Source: Magnetococcales bacterium (GTDB lineage Bacteria > Pseudomonadota > Magnetococcia > Magnetococcales > JADGAQ01). Taken from it: DNA of 56,890 nucleotides. Made by a program: the position numbers and the translations under genes. The stretch lies in assembly GCA_015231925.1 (NCBI GenBank), contig JADGAQ010000005.1, positions 1 through 56,890 of the forward strand. The letters are read 5' to 3'. Shown piece after piece: positions 45,078-54,707 of this stretch. Each line of letters starts with the position of its first letter. Positions within the stretch are counted from its first letter, which is position 1. Under the pieces are notes generated by a model. The model had not been told where the DNA came from. It saw only the letters and a program-made list of their open reading frames with translations, and ran no database searches.

Positions 45078-46403
45078 ATGATACCCGCCGCCGGTCTGCA
45101 TATCGATCAGGCACCTCCGTTGCACATTCCCTTCCGCTTCTTTTTCACCGCCCCCCTGTTTCTGATGTTGGCGGCGGGAGCCCTGATCGTGTGGAATGGG
45201 GAACTCTTCCAGGAACGTTGGTCCCCCCAGACCATCGCCGTCACCCACCTGGTCGTTCTGGGCTGGATCACCATGATCATGTGCGGCGCCCTTTACCAAA
45301 TGTTGCCGGTGCTGGCGGGTCTGCCGGTGCGACACCCCGCACTGGCGCCCTGGGTTCACGCCTCCCTGAGCCTCGGCATCCTCACCCTGGTTCTGGAGAT
45401 CGGCATCGGCCTGCATCGCTGGCTTCTGCTGGCAGCCTCCTTCTTCCTGGCGGCGGCCCTCACCCTCTTCATCGGACAAATCGCCCGCACCCTGGCCGCC
45501 GCGCCGGCCCGACATCCCACCATCAACGCCATGGCCCTGGCTCTGACGGCGCTGGCGGTGGTGCTGATCCTGGGACTCACCTTTCTGGGGGAGTACGCCC
45601 ACGGCTTTCTGGGCTTCGACCGCCCGGCCATGCTGGGCCTTCATGTCGCCTGGGCGCTTTTCGGCTGGGTGGGACTGCTGATCATCGGCGTATCCTTCCA
45701 GGTCCTGCCCATGTTCTACATGATGCCCCTCTTCCCGGTGGTCCCCGCCCGCTGGATTCTGGGAGGGCTCTTCCTCTCCCTGGTCGGCGTCACCCCCCTG
45801 CTCCTCCTCAGGCCCGAATCCCACGGCCTGCTGCTGCTGGCCATGATCCCCGGCTACGCCGCCGTGGCCGGATATGCCCTGGTGCTGAAGCAGTCCGCCG
45901 CCAAACGCAAACGCCGTATCGTCGACGCCAGTTGGGTGCTGTGGATCTTCGGCTTGAGCTGCGCCGGTCTGGCGACGTTGCTGCCGCCCCTATGGTTCGT
46001 ACTGGAGTCGGAGACCCTGCGGTTGCTCTTCGGAGTGCTCTATCTGCTGGGCGGCGTGGTATCCATCACCCTGGCCATGCTGTTCAAGATCGTGCCCTTT
46101 CTGGTCTGGTTCCACCGCTTCAGCCGACTTGCGGGATTGGTGCAGATCCCCATGATGGAAGATCTCTATCCCGAACCGCTGGCCAAATGGGGAGTGGGAC
46201 TGCATCTGGCGGGAACGGTCTCTCTGCTGGGTGGGCTTGCGGGCTACGCCATTCTGGTGCAACTGGGCGGTATTCTGATGGGTGGTGTCGCCATCCTTCT
46301 GGTTTTCGGCATCCTCTCCGCCTTGCGCCACCCGGTACCGGAAGCGCCGCCAACGGCCGATTTCGCCTCCTTTTTCAAGGATCTGCCCCCTCCGCCGCCC
46401 TGA
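45078..46403 (+). CDS. Polytopic membrane protein, possibly NnrS-like
   Basis: 441 aa, about 12 predicted TM helices by eye. N-terminal PFRFFFTAPLF and THLVVLGW recall NnrS motifs (FRPFFL, HAHEM), but only weakly. ATG at 45078. Confidence 0.5.
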   Translation: MIPAAGLHIDQAPPLHIPFRFFFTAPLFLMLAAGALIVWNGELFQERWSPQTIAVTHLVVLGWITMIMCGALYQMLPVLAGLPVRHPALAPWVHASLSLGILTLVLEIGIGLHRWLLLAASFFLAAALTLFIGQIARTLAAAPARHPTINAMALALTALAVVLILGLTFLGEYAHGFLGFDRPAMLGLHVAWALFGWVGLLIIGVSFQVLPMFYMMPLFPVVPARWILGGLFLSLVGVTPLLLLRPESHGLLLLAMIPGYAAVAGYALVLKQSAAKRKRRIVDASWVLWIFGLSCAGLATLLPPLWFVLESETLRLLFGVLYLLGGVVSITLAMLFKIVPFLVWFHRFSRLAGLVQIPMMEDLYPEPLAKWGVGLHLAGTVSLLGGLAGYAILVQLGGILMGGVAILLVFGILSALRHPVPEAPPTADFASFFKDLPPPPP

Positions 46404-48459
46404 TTTCCAGGCGCCGGACCACCGTGTCGATGAGCAAGGGCCAGTTGCCCCGTTGCGGTTGCCGGATCAGGCGCATGGAGCGATACCAGGGGGTCTCTTC
46501 GCTGCCGAGTCCCCAGCGCCAGTCGGGAACCCAGGTGAGCAGGGTCCAGACCGGAACAGCCATGGCCCCGGCCAGATGGGCCACGGAGGTATCGACGCTG
46601 ATCAGCAGATCCAGTTCACCCAGAACGGATCGTGTTTGGCGGAAGTGTTCCAGAGAGGGGCGCTGCAATCCTGCCGCCCAGGAGTGACGATCCGCTTCGG
46701 CAGCGGCGGGACCAGCCTGCAGGCTGACCCATTCGCAGTCGGCAAGCTGGAAAAGCGGTTGCAACACGACAAAGGGGATACTGCGACGGCGGTCGTTGCG
46801 ATGTCCGGGATTGCCCTGCCAGCATAATCCGATGCGCCGGGGCCGGGGCCAAGTCGCTCCCTCCGGGCGCTTTCCCAGATACCCTTCGGCTGCCGGAATG
46901 GTCTCCGGTGTCACCCCCAACACGGCGGGCAGAGACATCAACGGCAACTGAAAGGCACACTCCGGCGGCGATTCCCGGGCAACGAACACCGACGCGCAAC
47001 CCGGAATCCCCTGCAGAATCTCCCGCAGGGGAGGTTGACATTCCAGCACCACCTCACCACCGAAGCAGGCCAGTTGAGGCAGAAAACGCACCATTTGCAA
47101 GGTATCGCCCAACCCTTGTTCGGCATGAAGCAGCAGTCGCCTGCCGCTTAGAGCCTGACCCTGCCAGAGGGGGATCTCCTGGTATTTGCGGAAGGGACGG
47201 AACTGCTCGTCGCCCCAGCGATACTCCCAATCCCGCCACCCCTCCGGGTAACGTCCCTGAAGCAGCAGGGTGAAAGCGCGGTTCAGCCGGGCCTTGGCGT
47301 TGTCGGGTTCCAGGGCGATAGCCCGGTCATAAGCCGACAGAGCCTCCTCGAAGCAGCCTGCGTCGTGCAACCCTTTGCCCAGATTGACCCATCCCTGGAC
47401 AAAATCGGGCTGGCGGGTCACCGCCTCCCGATAACAGGCCAGGGACTCCTCCCAACGATCGCGTTCTCCCAGGCAGTTGCCCAGATTGGTGGCCGCGCCG
47501 GCATGGCGGACATCGAGACGCATGGCCGTTTCGAAAGCCTCACAGGCTGCGACCAGGTCTCCCTGTTCCTGGCGGGCCAGGCCCAGGCCGTTCTGCACTT
47601 CCACCCGGTGCGGGTTGCGCAAAAGGGCTTTTTCCAGCCAGAACACCGCCTCGGCGGGACGTTGCCGGTCCAGCAGCAGCTGAGCCAGATTGGACAACGC
47701 CTCTTCGAAGGAGGGATCCTGCGCCAAAGCGGTGCGAAAGGCAGCTTCCGCCTCTTGCAGATGTTGCGCTTTCCAGAGGGTGAAGCCGCGATTGTTGTGA
47801 ACCCGGGGGGACTCCGGCAGCCGCTCCAGGGCCCGGTCATGGCATTGCAGGGCCGCATCGAATTGCCCCAGCTCGGTCAGGGCGACCCCCCGATGGCTGT
47901 GGTAAAGCCCCTCCTCCGGCTGGAAGGCAACGGCCTGTCCATAGCAGGTCAGAGCCTCCGCGACACGCTGCCCCCGCCGCAACACCTCTCCCAGATTGTT
48001 CCAGGCCGGGGCAAAGCGCCCGTTCAGGGCGATGGCCCGGCGAAAAGCCTCTTCCGCCTCGGGCATGCGCCCCAGGGACAAGAGGGTATCACCATAATCG
48101 TTCCAGAGACTCGCCTGGGAGGAATCGAGGGAGAGGGCCTTGCCGTAAGCGGCGAGGGCTTCCGCCGCCTGACCGGCCTCGTGGAGGACCAGACCGGTGA
48201 CGCGCCAGAGACGGGCGTCACCCCCACAGAAGGAGTGACCTCGTTTCAAAAGGGAAATGGCTTCAGGAAATCGACGGTGCTGCCGCAAAAGCAGAGCCAG
48301 ATTGATGTAGCCGGCCACCTCGCGTGGCCAGCGTCGCATCAGGGAGCGGTAGTGGTTTTCCGCCTCCTGCCAGCGTCCGGACTGCTGGGCCGCAAGGGCC
48401 AGGGCAAGAGTGTCCGCCGCCCCGCTCCCCGCTCCCCCTGCCTCCCGCCGTGGCGGCAT
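46375..48459 (-). CDS. TPR-repeat protein with C-terminal glycosyltransferase family 9 (heptosyltransferase-like) domain
   Basis: 694 aa. About 10 TPR units (A..Y..AL.L.P... pattern) followed by LLLHAEQGLGDTLQMVRF and LISVDTSVAHLAGAMAVPVW. Confidence 0.8.
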   Translation of the reverse strand: MPPRREAGGAGSGAADTLALALAAQQSGRWQEAENHYRSLMRRWPREVAGYINLALLLRQHRRFPEAISLLKRGHSFCGGDARLWRVTGLVLHEAGQAAEALAAYGKALSLDSSQASLWNDYGDTLLSLGRMPEAEEAFRRAIALNGRFAPAWNNLGEVLRRGQRVAEALTCYGQAVAFQPEEGLYHSHRGVALTELGQFDAALQCHDRALERLPESPRVHNNRGFTLWKAQHLQEAEAAFRTALAQDPSFEEALSNLAQLLLDRQRPAEAVFWLEKALLRNPHRVEVQNGLGLARQEQGDLVAACEAFETAMRLDVRHAGAATNLGNCLGERDRWEESLACYREAVTRQPDFVQGWVNLGKGLHDAGCFEEALSAYDRAIALEPDNAKARLNRAFTLLLQGRYPEGWRDWEYRWGDEQFRPFRKYQEIPLWQGQALSGRRLLLHAEQGLGDTLQMVRFLPQLACFGGEVVLECQPPLREILQGIPGCASVFVARESPPECAFQLPLMSLPAVLGVTPETIPAAEGYLGKRPEGATWPRPRRIGLCWQGNPGHRNDRRRSIPFVVLQPLFQLADCEWVSLQAGPAAAEADRHSWAAGLQRPSLEHFRQTRSVLGELDLLISVDTSVAHLAGAMAVPVWTLLTWVPDWRWGLGSEETPWYRSMRLIRQPQRGNWPLLIDTVVRRLEIRAAEGADP

Positions 48460-48468
48460 GGACGGACC

Positions 48469-50490
48469 TCAGCAGGTCGGGAGCGTCTGGAAAAAGACCA
48501 GGGCGCAGGCGGAACAGCGCAGTTTGCGCCCCTTGGCCGGCAGCAGGGAGGCCTGCAAACGGAACTTCTTGCCACAGCCGGGACAGGCAACCTGGATGGA
48601 CTCTTCCGCAACGGAAGCCGCCACCGGCGGCGGAGCCGGAGGTGGCACGACGACGGGCGAGACGGGCTTTTCGGCCACAACAGGCTTCCGGTGGGCTCCC
48701 GGATCGCCGCCGACGATCTCCCGAGCCCCCCAGGCTTTGTCTCCGCTGCCGAAGAAGAAGGAGACCATCACCCGGCCCGGTTGGGCCGGGGATTGCATCC
48801 AGCTCAGATCCAGGGGGGAAATCACCGCCCGGGCCGCCTCTTCCGCCCTCTCCTCCTCCCGTGAGTAGGCGGGAGGCATGCCGGAAACATCGATCAGCAG
48901 GTCATCCTCCACCAACTGCTCACGGGCATCCTGGAAAGGATCCCTCGACTCACGGGGGGCAGATCCGGTGGCCGGGGAAAGGAGATTCTCGTCCGCCGGG
49001 GGATTCAGCCCGGCGCAGGAGAGAAGGTCCAACCCCTCCGGATTCTCGACCACTTCCCCCCACGACTCCTCGGCGGGAGGCAAGGGGGGCAGCGCGCCAT
49101 CGGTCTCCCCCACAAAACCGCCACCCTCTTCGGCAAAGGAGACCTCCTCGGAATCGGCGCTCATGTTGGCCGGCAGATCGGGCAGGGATTCCAGGGAATC
49201 TTCCGGAAAACCGGACTCCGGGCTGGCGGTTTTGACCGGAGCCGCCGGAAAGACCGGAAAAGCCAACGGCTCGTTTCCGGGGATCTCCTCTCCCCAGGAA
49301 CGACCGGAAAAGCCGAAGACGAAGGTACGGCGTTTGCTCTCTCCGGAAGCGGCGGGCTCTTCCTTCTCCTCGACGGGAATCGCTGCGGAAGACGACTCGA
49401 AGGCCTCTTCTTCCGCCGAAACCATCGGGATATCCTGCTGGGGAATGGAGGCGTCTTCTTCCTGATTGGCCGCCTCGAAAGCCTCTTCGTGAGCGTCGTT
49501 GGCGGACAAATCGGGGGTTTCCACCGAAGCCGGGGCGATATCCTCGTTGGCAGCCTCCCCGTCTTCCAACTCCTCCTCCAGGACATCCGCCAGACAGGTC
49601 AAAGCGGCTTCCAGATCCTCGGCACGTTGATACATCCCTGTTTCCCCTTCGGTAGGCTGCTCCCCGACATTCTCCCCATCCGGTTCGGGGTCTGTCGCCG
49701 GGAAATCCGATTGCTGCCCATCCATGGCAGACGATTCCGCTTCATCGGAGGATACCTCCGAACCTTCCTGAGATTCAACCGGCAGGTTTTCCTGCCCGGA
49801 CTCCTGCGCAATAACCGCTTCATCCGGCGAAAATGGCGCCGCTTCGACCGGAGGCTCCGGTTCCGGGGAGGCTGCCGTCGGGGCAGCCGTCACACCGCTC
49901 GGAACCTCGGGTGTCGGCAGGGGCACGGACGCGGCTTTGGCAGCGGGTGGAGCCGGGGCGACGGAAGGGACCGGAGGGGCCGCTTTCGGGGGTGCGGGTG
50001 GAATTTTGCTCGGAGAAGCCACGGGCGGGCGGCGTTCCTCCACCTCCTCCTCCCCCGGCGGTTGATAGGAAAAAACCCGGTCCGCATTCAGCAGCATCAG
50101 CAACCGGCCGTTTTCCATGTGGCCGATGGCGCGCAAGTCCTCCGGGGAGAGCCGGATGCCGATACGCGGCGCGGGACGCAACTCCTTCTCCGGAATATCC
50201 ACCACCTCATCGACTGCGTCAACCATGCCGCCGATCAGCCCTTTGCCCTTATCCTCCGTCGGCTCCATGATGATGATACAGGTTCGCGGAGTCCGCACCG
50301 TGCGGGAAAGGCCCAGCCTCACCCGCACATCGATGACGGGAACCACCTCGCCCCGGAGGTGGATCACCCCGCGCACATGAGGCGCGGCACAGGCAATCTG
50401 GGTGATCTCCGACCAGGCCAACACTTCGCGAACCTGGTCCAGGTCCACGGCGAAGGTCTCCGCATCGAGATTGAAGGTCAGGATTCTCAT
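48469..50490 (-). CDS. CheW-domain protein with long acidic/proline-rich linker and C-terminal MJ0042-type zinc ribbon
   Basis: N-terminal MRILTFNLDAETFAVDLDQVREVL...VRGVIHLRGEVVPVIDVR (CheW-like). About 400 aa of low complexity. C-terminal ACPGCGKKFRLQASLLPAKGRKLRCSAC. Confidence 0.75.
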   Translation of the reverse strand: MRILTFNLDAETFAVDLDQVREVLAWSEITQIACAAPHVRGVIHLRGEVVPVIDVRVRLGLSRTVRTPRTCIIIMEPTEDKGKGLIGGMVDAVDEVVDIPEKELRPAPRIGIRLSPEDLRAIGHMENGRLLMLLNADRVFSYQPPGEEEVEERRPPVASPSKIPPAPPKAAPPVPSVAPAPPAAKAASVPLPTPEVPSGVTAAPTAASPEPEPPVEAAPFSPDEAVIAQESGQENLPVESQEGSEVSSDEAESSAMDGQQSDFPATDPEPDGENVGEQPTEGETGMYQRAEDLEAALTCLADVLEEELEDGEAANEDIAPASVETPDLSANDAHEEAFEAANQEEDASIPQQDIPMVSAEEEAFESSSAAIPVEEKEEPAASGESKRRTFVFGFSGRSWGEEIPGNEPLAFPVFPAAPVKTASPESGFPEDSLESLPDLPANMSADSEEVSFAEEGGGFVGETDGALPPLPPAEESWGEVVENPEGLDLLSCAGLNPPADENLLSPATGSAPRESRDPFQDAREQLVEDDLLIDVSGMPPAYSREEERAEEAARAVISPLDLSWMQSPAQPGRVMVSFFFGSGDKAWGAREIVGGDPGAHRKPVVAEKPVSPVVVPPPAPPPVAASVAEESIQVACPGCGKKFRLQASLLPAKGRKLRCSACALVFFQTLPTC

Positions 50491-50828
50491 GAGGTTCTTA
50501 CAAAAAGGGTTATAACAAGCAGAACCGCGAAGACCACGGTGATTACCACCATGGAAGAGTTGGCCTCCCGCTTGACGGCTTCGATCTTCTTCTCCAGGAA
50601 AGAGGCATTTTTGCCGCTACGCCCCATGGAATCGGCAAACTCCAGGAGGCTGTTTTGTATTTTCTGGATTTCCGCCGTGTTCTTGGACTCAAGACTTTGG
50701 CTCGCGTCGCCCCTTTCAACGGCCTGGACCCGCTCCTGCAGATTGGCCAGGTCATTTTCGATGGTTTCCAGACGTTTGTCGAATTCCACGACAAACTTCA
50801 ACAGCATTTGGTTCTTGTCCTCGGCCAT
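50487..50828 (-). CDS. Coiled-coil, C-terminally anchored small membrane protein
   Basis: 113 aa. Heptad-like N-terminal 90 aa and terminal TM helix MVVITVVFAVLLVITLF. ATGA overlap with the CheW-domain gene. Confidence 0.55.
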   Translation of the reverse strand: MAEDKNQMLLKFVVEFDKRLETIENDLANLQERVQAVERGDASQSLESKNTAEIQKIQNSLLEFADSMGRSGKNASFLEKKIEAVKREANSSMVVITVVFAVLLVITLFVRTS

Positions 50829-50980
50829 GATCGCTCAACCCTGGAGGTAACGTAACAGAAGAAATCCGTGCGATACGTTTCAGGGAGGCAACCCCGCGGC
50901 ATGGCGGAGCGGTTCTTCCCTTCACTGCCAGGGTTGCAAAAAGGAAGCCAGGGTCGAGGCCACCCGTTTTTTCCCCGTCA

Positions 50981-51700
50981 TCAACCGCCAAAAAGGCCGA
51001 ACCAGGCGCCATGGGGCCAGAAGGCCCCCCCGAGTCGGGACCAGAAGGAGGCGCTGCCCAGGAGTTTCCACAGGGAAGCGAATTCCGGAGTCAGGAAAAA
51101 AGTGCCCCCTGCCAGCAGGTAAATCCCTCCGGTGGCGAGGAGATCACCCCCCACGTAGAGTTTGAGCGCCGAACCCAGGGAGCCCTTGGCCGGGCCGAAA
51201 AAAGGCAGGGCCCACACCTCGTCGAGAAGAAGATGCACCAAAAACCCGAGAAAGACAAAGAACCCCACCAACCAGGCCACCTCATCCGGTTGTTTGGCCA
51301 CCCGATAGAGCAGGCCCGTGGTGAGAAAACCGCTGAAGAGCGCCGCCGGAACCGAATGCCAGATGCCTCGATGGGTGGTCAATTTTTCCACCAGTCGGAA
51401 CAACAGCAGACGGGTGAGCTGGTTGACCACCAGCCAGAGCAGCATCGCCTCCAGGACCGAGAACCGGCTTCCCACGGCAAAGACCACCGTGAAGGCCACG
51501 GTAATCGCAATCAGGGTGAAGACTTCCCGCAAGACCACGGAATTGTCCGCATCCAGATCCGGCATGACGCCGCCGGCCAGACAGGCGAGCAGGGCCCAGA
51601 GCGTTTCGGCGGGAGGGAGGAACCCGCTCAGATGCAGGGCCAGGGAAGCGGCCCCGCCCACCAGGGCGGCCACCGTGACATGGGTCTTGGCATCGGCCAT
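50981..51700 (-). CDS. Membrane-bound metal-dependent hydrolase (YdjM/DUF457 family)
   Basis: MADAKTHVTVAAL..., PDLDADNS and THRGIWHS motifs. Start set at the ATG at 51700, 38 codons inside the track ORF. Confidence 0.7.
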   Translation of the reverse strand: MADAKTHVTVAALVGGAASLALHLSGFLPPAETLWALLACLAGGVMPDLDADNSVVLREVFTLIAITVAFTVVFAVGSRFSVLEAMLLWLVVNQLTRLLLFRLVEKLTTHRGIWHSVPAALFSGFLTTGLLYRVAKQPDEVAWLVGFFVFLGFLVHLLLDEVWALPFFGPAKGSLGSALKLYVGGDLLATGGIYLLAGGTFFLTPEFASLWKLLGSASFWSRLGGAFWPHGAWFGLFGG

Positions 51701-51842
51701 GAACAGCTCCTTCTGTATAATTGCCGCATTTTGGGGTATCTTGCCGCGTGAAGCCGTCAAACCGGAAGGAATTTTCCGCCGACACCCCGGAGAATCCCCC
51801 GGAGCCGTTGTCAACCTTTACCAGTCGCTTCGGGAAGTCACC

Positions 51843-53648
51843 ATGTCGCCTCGTCTCGTGAAGACTCTCATCACCTTCGGATTGATGGTGTTTCTGTCGG
51901 CGCAGAGCCCGGCCCGCGCCGCCCACGGCATCAGCCTCGACGGCAAACTCAAGTACGCGGCGGACTTCGACCACTTCGCCTACAGCGATCCGGCGCGCGC
52001 CAGGGTTGGAGGCACCCTGACCCTGCACGGCATCGGCGGTTTCGACACCATGAACCCTTATACCCTCAAGGGCACGCCGCCGGATATGCTCAGCGCTTTC
52101 CTCTTCGAAACCCTGACCGTTCAGTCCCACGACGAGCCCTTCGCCCAATACGGTCTGCTGGCCCGGGACATCGAACTGGCCCCGGACGGGCAGAGCATCA
52201 CCTACACCCTGAACGACGCCGCCCGCTTTGCCGACGGCGCCCCCGTCACCAGCGCCGATGTCGCCTTCTCCTTCGAAACCCTGACCTCGGAGCAGGCCCA
52301 TCCCTTCTACCAATCCTACTGGAAGGATATCAGCCGCGCCGAAATTCTCGACCCCCGGCGCATTCGTTTCCATTTCGCCCGCAAAAACCGTGAACTGCCC
52401 CTCATTACCGGGGAACTGCCGGTCTTCAGCAAGGCCTTCTTCAGCAAACATTCCTTCAAGGATCTGGCCCTGACCCCGCCCCTGGGCTCCGGCCCCTACG
52501 CCATCGCCGAATTCGATGCGGGCAAGACCATCACCTATCAGCGTCGCTCCGACTATTGGGGCTGGAACCTGCCGACGCGCAAGGGCTTCTTCAATGTGGA
52601 CAAAGTGGTCGTCAAATTCTACAAGGATCCGGTGGTGGCCCTGGAGGCCTTCAAGGCGGGCGAGTTCGACGTTCAGTTGGAGAACAACTCCAAACAGTGG
52701 GCCAGGGACTATACCGGCCCCCGTTTCGAATCCGGGGAGATCCGCACCGAAACCCTGGCTCACCGCAACGGCGCCGGCATGCAGGGTTTCGCCTTCAACC
52801 TGCGCAAAAGCATGTTTCAGGATATCCGTGTGCGCAAGGCCATCGGTCTGGCCTTCGATTTCGAGTGGAGCAACACCAACCTCTTCTATGGCCAGTACAC
52901 CCGCACCACCAGCTATTTCGCCAACTCCGACATGGCCGCCTCCGGAAAACCGTCCGCCAAGGAGATGCTACTCCTGGAACCCTTCAAGGACCGGCTCGAC
53001 CCCCAGGTCTTCGAAGTCCCGCCCTCCCCACCGACCACCACGCCCCCCGGCTCGGTGCGCAACAACCTCAAGGAGGCCCGTGAGCTTCTCACTGCCGCCG
53101 GCTGGAAGATGGGCCCGGACAACCTTCTGGTGGATGGACAGGGCAACCCCTTCGTCATCGAGATGATGCTCTCCTCCCAGGCTTTCGAACGGGTGGTGGC
53201 CCCCTTCGCGGAAAATCTCAAACGTCTGGGCATCCGCCTGGAGTACCGCACCGTCGATCCGAGTCTCTATCAGCGCAACATGGACCGCTTCGCCTTCGAC
53301 ATGACCGTGGCGGTCTTTCCCCAATCCCAATCCCCCGGCAACGAACAACGCTCCATGTGGCATTCGGAAAGCGCCGCCGTGGAAGGCAGCCGCAATCTGA
53401 TCGGCATCCAACACCCGGCGGTGGATGCCCTGGTGGAGCGCATCATCTATGCCGAATCACGCGAGGAGCTGGTGCAGGCCTGTCGCGCCCTCGACCGGGT
53501 GCTGCTCTCCGGCCACTATCTGGTGCCCAACTGGCATATCCCCTACCACCGCATCGCCTACTGGAACCGCTTCGACAGACCGGCCACCCCGCCGCTCTAT
53601 TTCAGCCCGATGGACTGGATCACCACCTGGTGGATCCGGAAGGAGTGA
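51843..53648 (+). CDS. ABC transporter substrate-binding protein, family 5 (YejA-like)
   Basis: 601 aa from the ATG at 51843, with signal peptide ...LMVFLSAQSPARAAHG. SBP_bac_5-like length and motifs (GSGPYAIAEFDAGKTITYQR). Confidence 0.8.
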   Translation: MSPRLVKTLITFGLMVFLSAQSPARAAHGISLDGKLKYAADFDHFAYSDPARARVGGTLTLHGIGGFDTMNPYTLKGTPPDMLSAFLFETLTVQSHDEPFAQYGLLARDIELAPDGQSITYTLNDAARFADGAPVTSADVAFSFETLTSEQAHPFYQSYWKDISRAEILDPRRIRFHFARKNRELPLITGELPVFSKAFFSKHSFKDLALTPPLGSGPYAIAEFDAGKTITYQRRSDYWGWNLPTRKGFFNVDKVVVKFYKDPVVALEAFKAGEFDVQLENNSKQWARDYTGPRFESGEIRTETLAHRNGAGMQGFAFNLRKSMFQDIRVRKAIGLAFDFEWSNTNLFYGQYTRTTSYFANSDMAASGKPSAKEMLLLEPFKDRLDPQVFEVPPSPPTTTPPGSVRNNLKEARELLTAAGWKMGPDNLLVDGQGNPFVIEMMLSSQAFERVVAPFAENLKRLGIRLEYRTVDPSLYQRNMDRFAFDMTVAVFPQSQSPGNEQRSMWHSESAAVEGSRNLIGIQHPAVDALVERIIYAESREELVQACRALDRVLLSGHYLVPNWHIPYHRIAYWNRFDRPATPPLYFSPMDWITTWWIRKE

Positions 53649-53654
53649 GCCCTC

Positions 53655-54707
53655 ATGGCCAGTTACCTGTTGCGCCGCCTGCTGCTGATGATTCCCACCC
53701 TGTTCGGTATCATGGCCATCACCTTCCTGGTCATCCAGTTCGTGCCGGGCGGACCGGTGGAACGCACCCTCTCGATCATGCAGCAACAGATGCAGGCGGG
53801 CGGTGAGGTATCCGGCGGGGGGGGACTGGGCTATCGGGGTGCCAAGGGACTCGATCCGGCGCAGATCGACCAGTTGAAGCGGCTCTACGGCTTCGATCGA
53901 CCGGCCCATGAGCGTTTTGTCACCATGATGTGGAATTTCCTGCGCTTCGACTTCGGGGAGTCCTACTATCAGCACCGCAGCGTCACCGATCTGGTCATCT
54001 CCAAGCTGCCGGTCTCCATCTCCCTGGGGGTGTGGACCTTTCTGCTCACCTATCTGGTCAGCATCCCCCTGGGCATTCGCAAAGCGGTGCATCACGGCAC
54101 CCCCTTCGACACCTTCACCTCGGTTCTGATCCTGGTCGGTTACTCCATTCCCGGATTCGTGCTGGGCATTCTGCTGGTGGTTCTCTTCGGCGGGGGCAGC
54201 TTCTGGAACCTCTTCCCCCTGCGGGGGCTGGTCTCGGACCACTGGGCCACCCTGCCCTGGACCGGGCGTATCCTCGACTACTTCTGGCACCTGGTCCTGC
54301 CCCTGACCGCGTCGACCGTCGGCTCCTTCGCCGTGACCACCATGTTGACCAAAAACTGCTTCCTGGAGGAGATCTCCAAGCAGTACGTGCTGACGGCTCG
54401 GGCCAAGGGGCTGGACGATCGGGCCGTGCTGTTCCGCCACGTCTTCCGCAACGCCATGATGCCCCTGGTCACCGGCTTCCCCGGCTCCTTCGTGGCCGCC
54501 TTCTTCAGCGGTTCCCTGCTCATCGAAACCATCTTCAGCCTCGACGGCCTGGGGCTGCTCGGTTACGAGTCGGTCATGCACCGCGACTACCCGGTGGTCA
54601 TGGCCACCCTCTATTTCTTCTCCCTGCTGGGGCTGATCACCCGTCTGCTCACCGATCTGACCTATGTGCTGGTGGATCCGCGCATCACCTTCGATTCCCG
54701 GAGCTAG
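53655..54707 (+). CDS. ABC transporter permease (YejB-like, BPD_transp_1)
   Basis: 350 aa. MASYLLRRLLLMIPTLFGIMAITFLVIQFVPGGP N-terminus and EAA-type loop QYVLTARAKGLDDRAVLFRHVFRNA. Confidence 0.85.
   Translation: MASYLLRRLLLMIPTLFGIMAITFLVIQFVPGGPVERTLSIMQQQMQAGGEVSGGGGLGYRGAKGLDPAQIDQLKRLYGFDRPAHERFVTMMWNFLRFDFGESYYQHRSVTDLVISKLPVSISLGVWTFLLTYLVSIPLGIRKAVHHGTPFDTFTSVLILVGYSIPGFVLGILLVVLFGGGSFWNLFPLRGLVSDHWATLPWTGRILDYFWHLVLPLTASTVGSFAVTTMLTKNCFLEEISKQYVLTARAKGLDDRAVLFRHVFRNAMMPLVTGFPGSFVAAFFSGSLLIETIFSLDGLGLLGYESVMHRDYPVVMATLYFFSLLGLITRLLTDLTYVLVDPRITFDSRS

Noticed and set aside
46375-46403. 29-bp overlap of the convergent NnrS-like and TPR-GT9 genes. A similar 22-bp overlap of ubiG and the small ORF lies at 29319-29340, and a 12-bp overlap of rluD and the aminotransferase at 30633-30644.
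   Set aside because: Short convergent 3' overlaps are common in compact GC-rich genomes. There is no additional structure to suggest regulation.
51701-51842. LexA/SOS box upstream of the YdjM-like hydrolase (ydjM is SOS-regulated in E. coli)
   Set aside because: Neither a CTGT-N8-ACAG nor a GTTC-N7-GTTC/GAAC-N7-GAAC motif is present. Only a partial CTGTATAATTGCCGCA was found.
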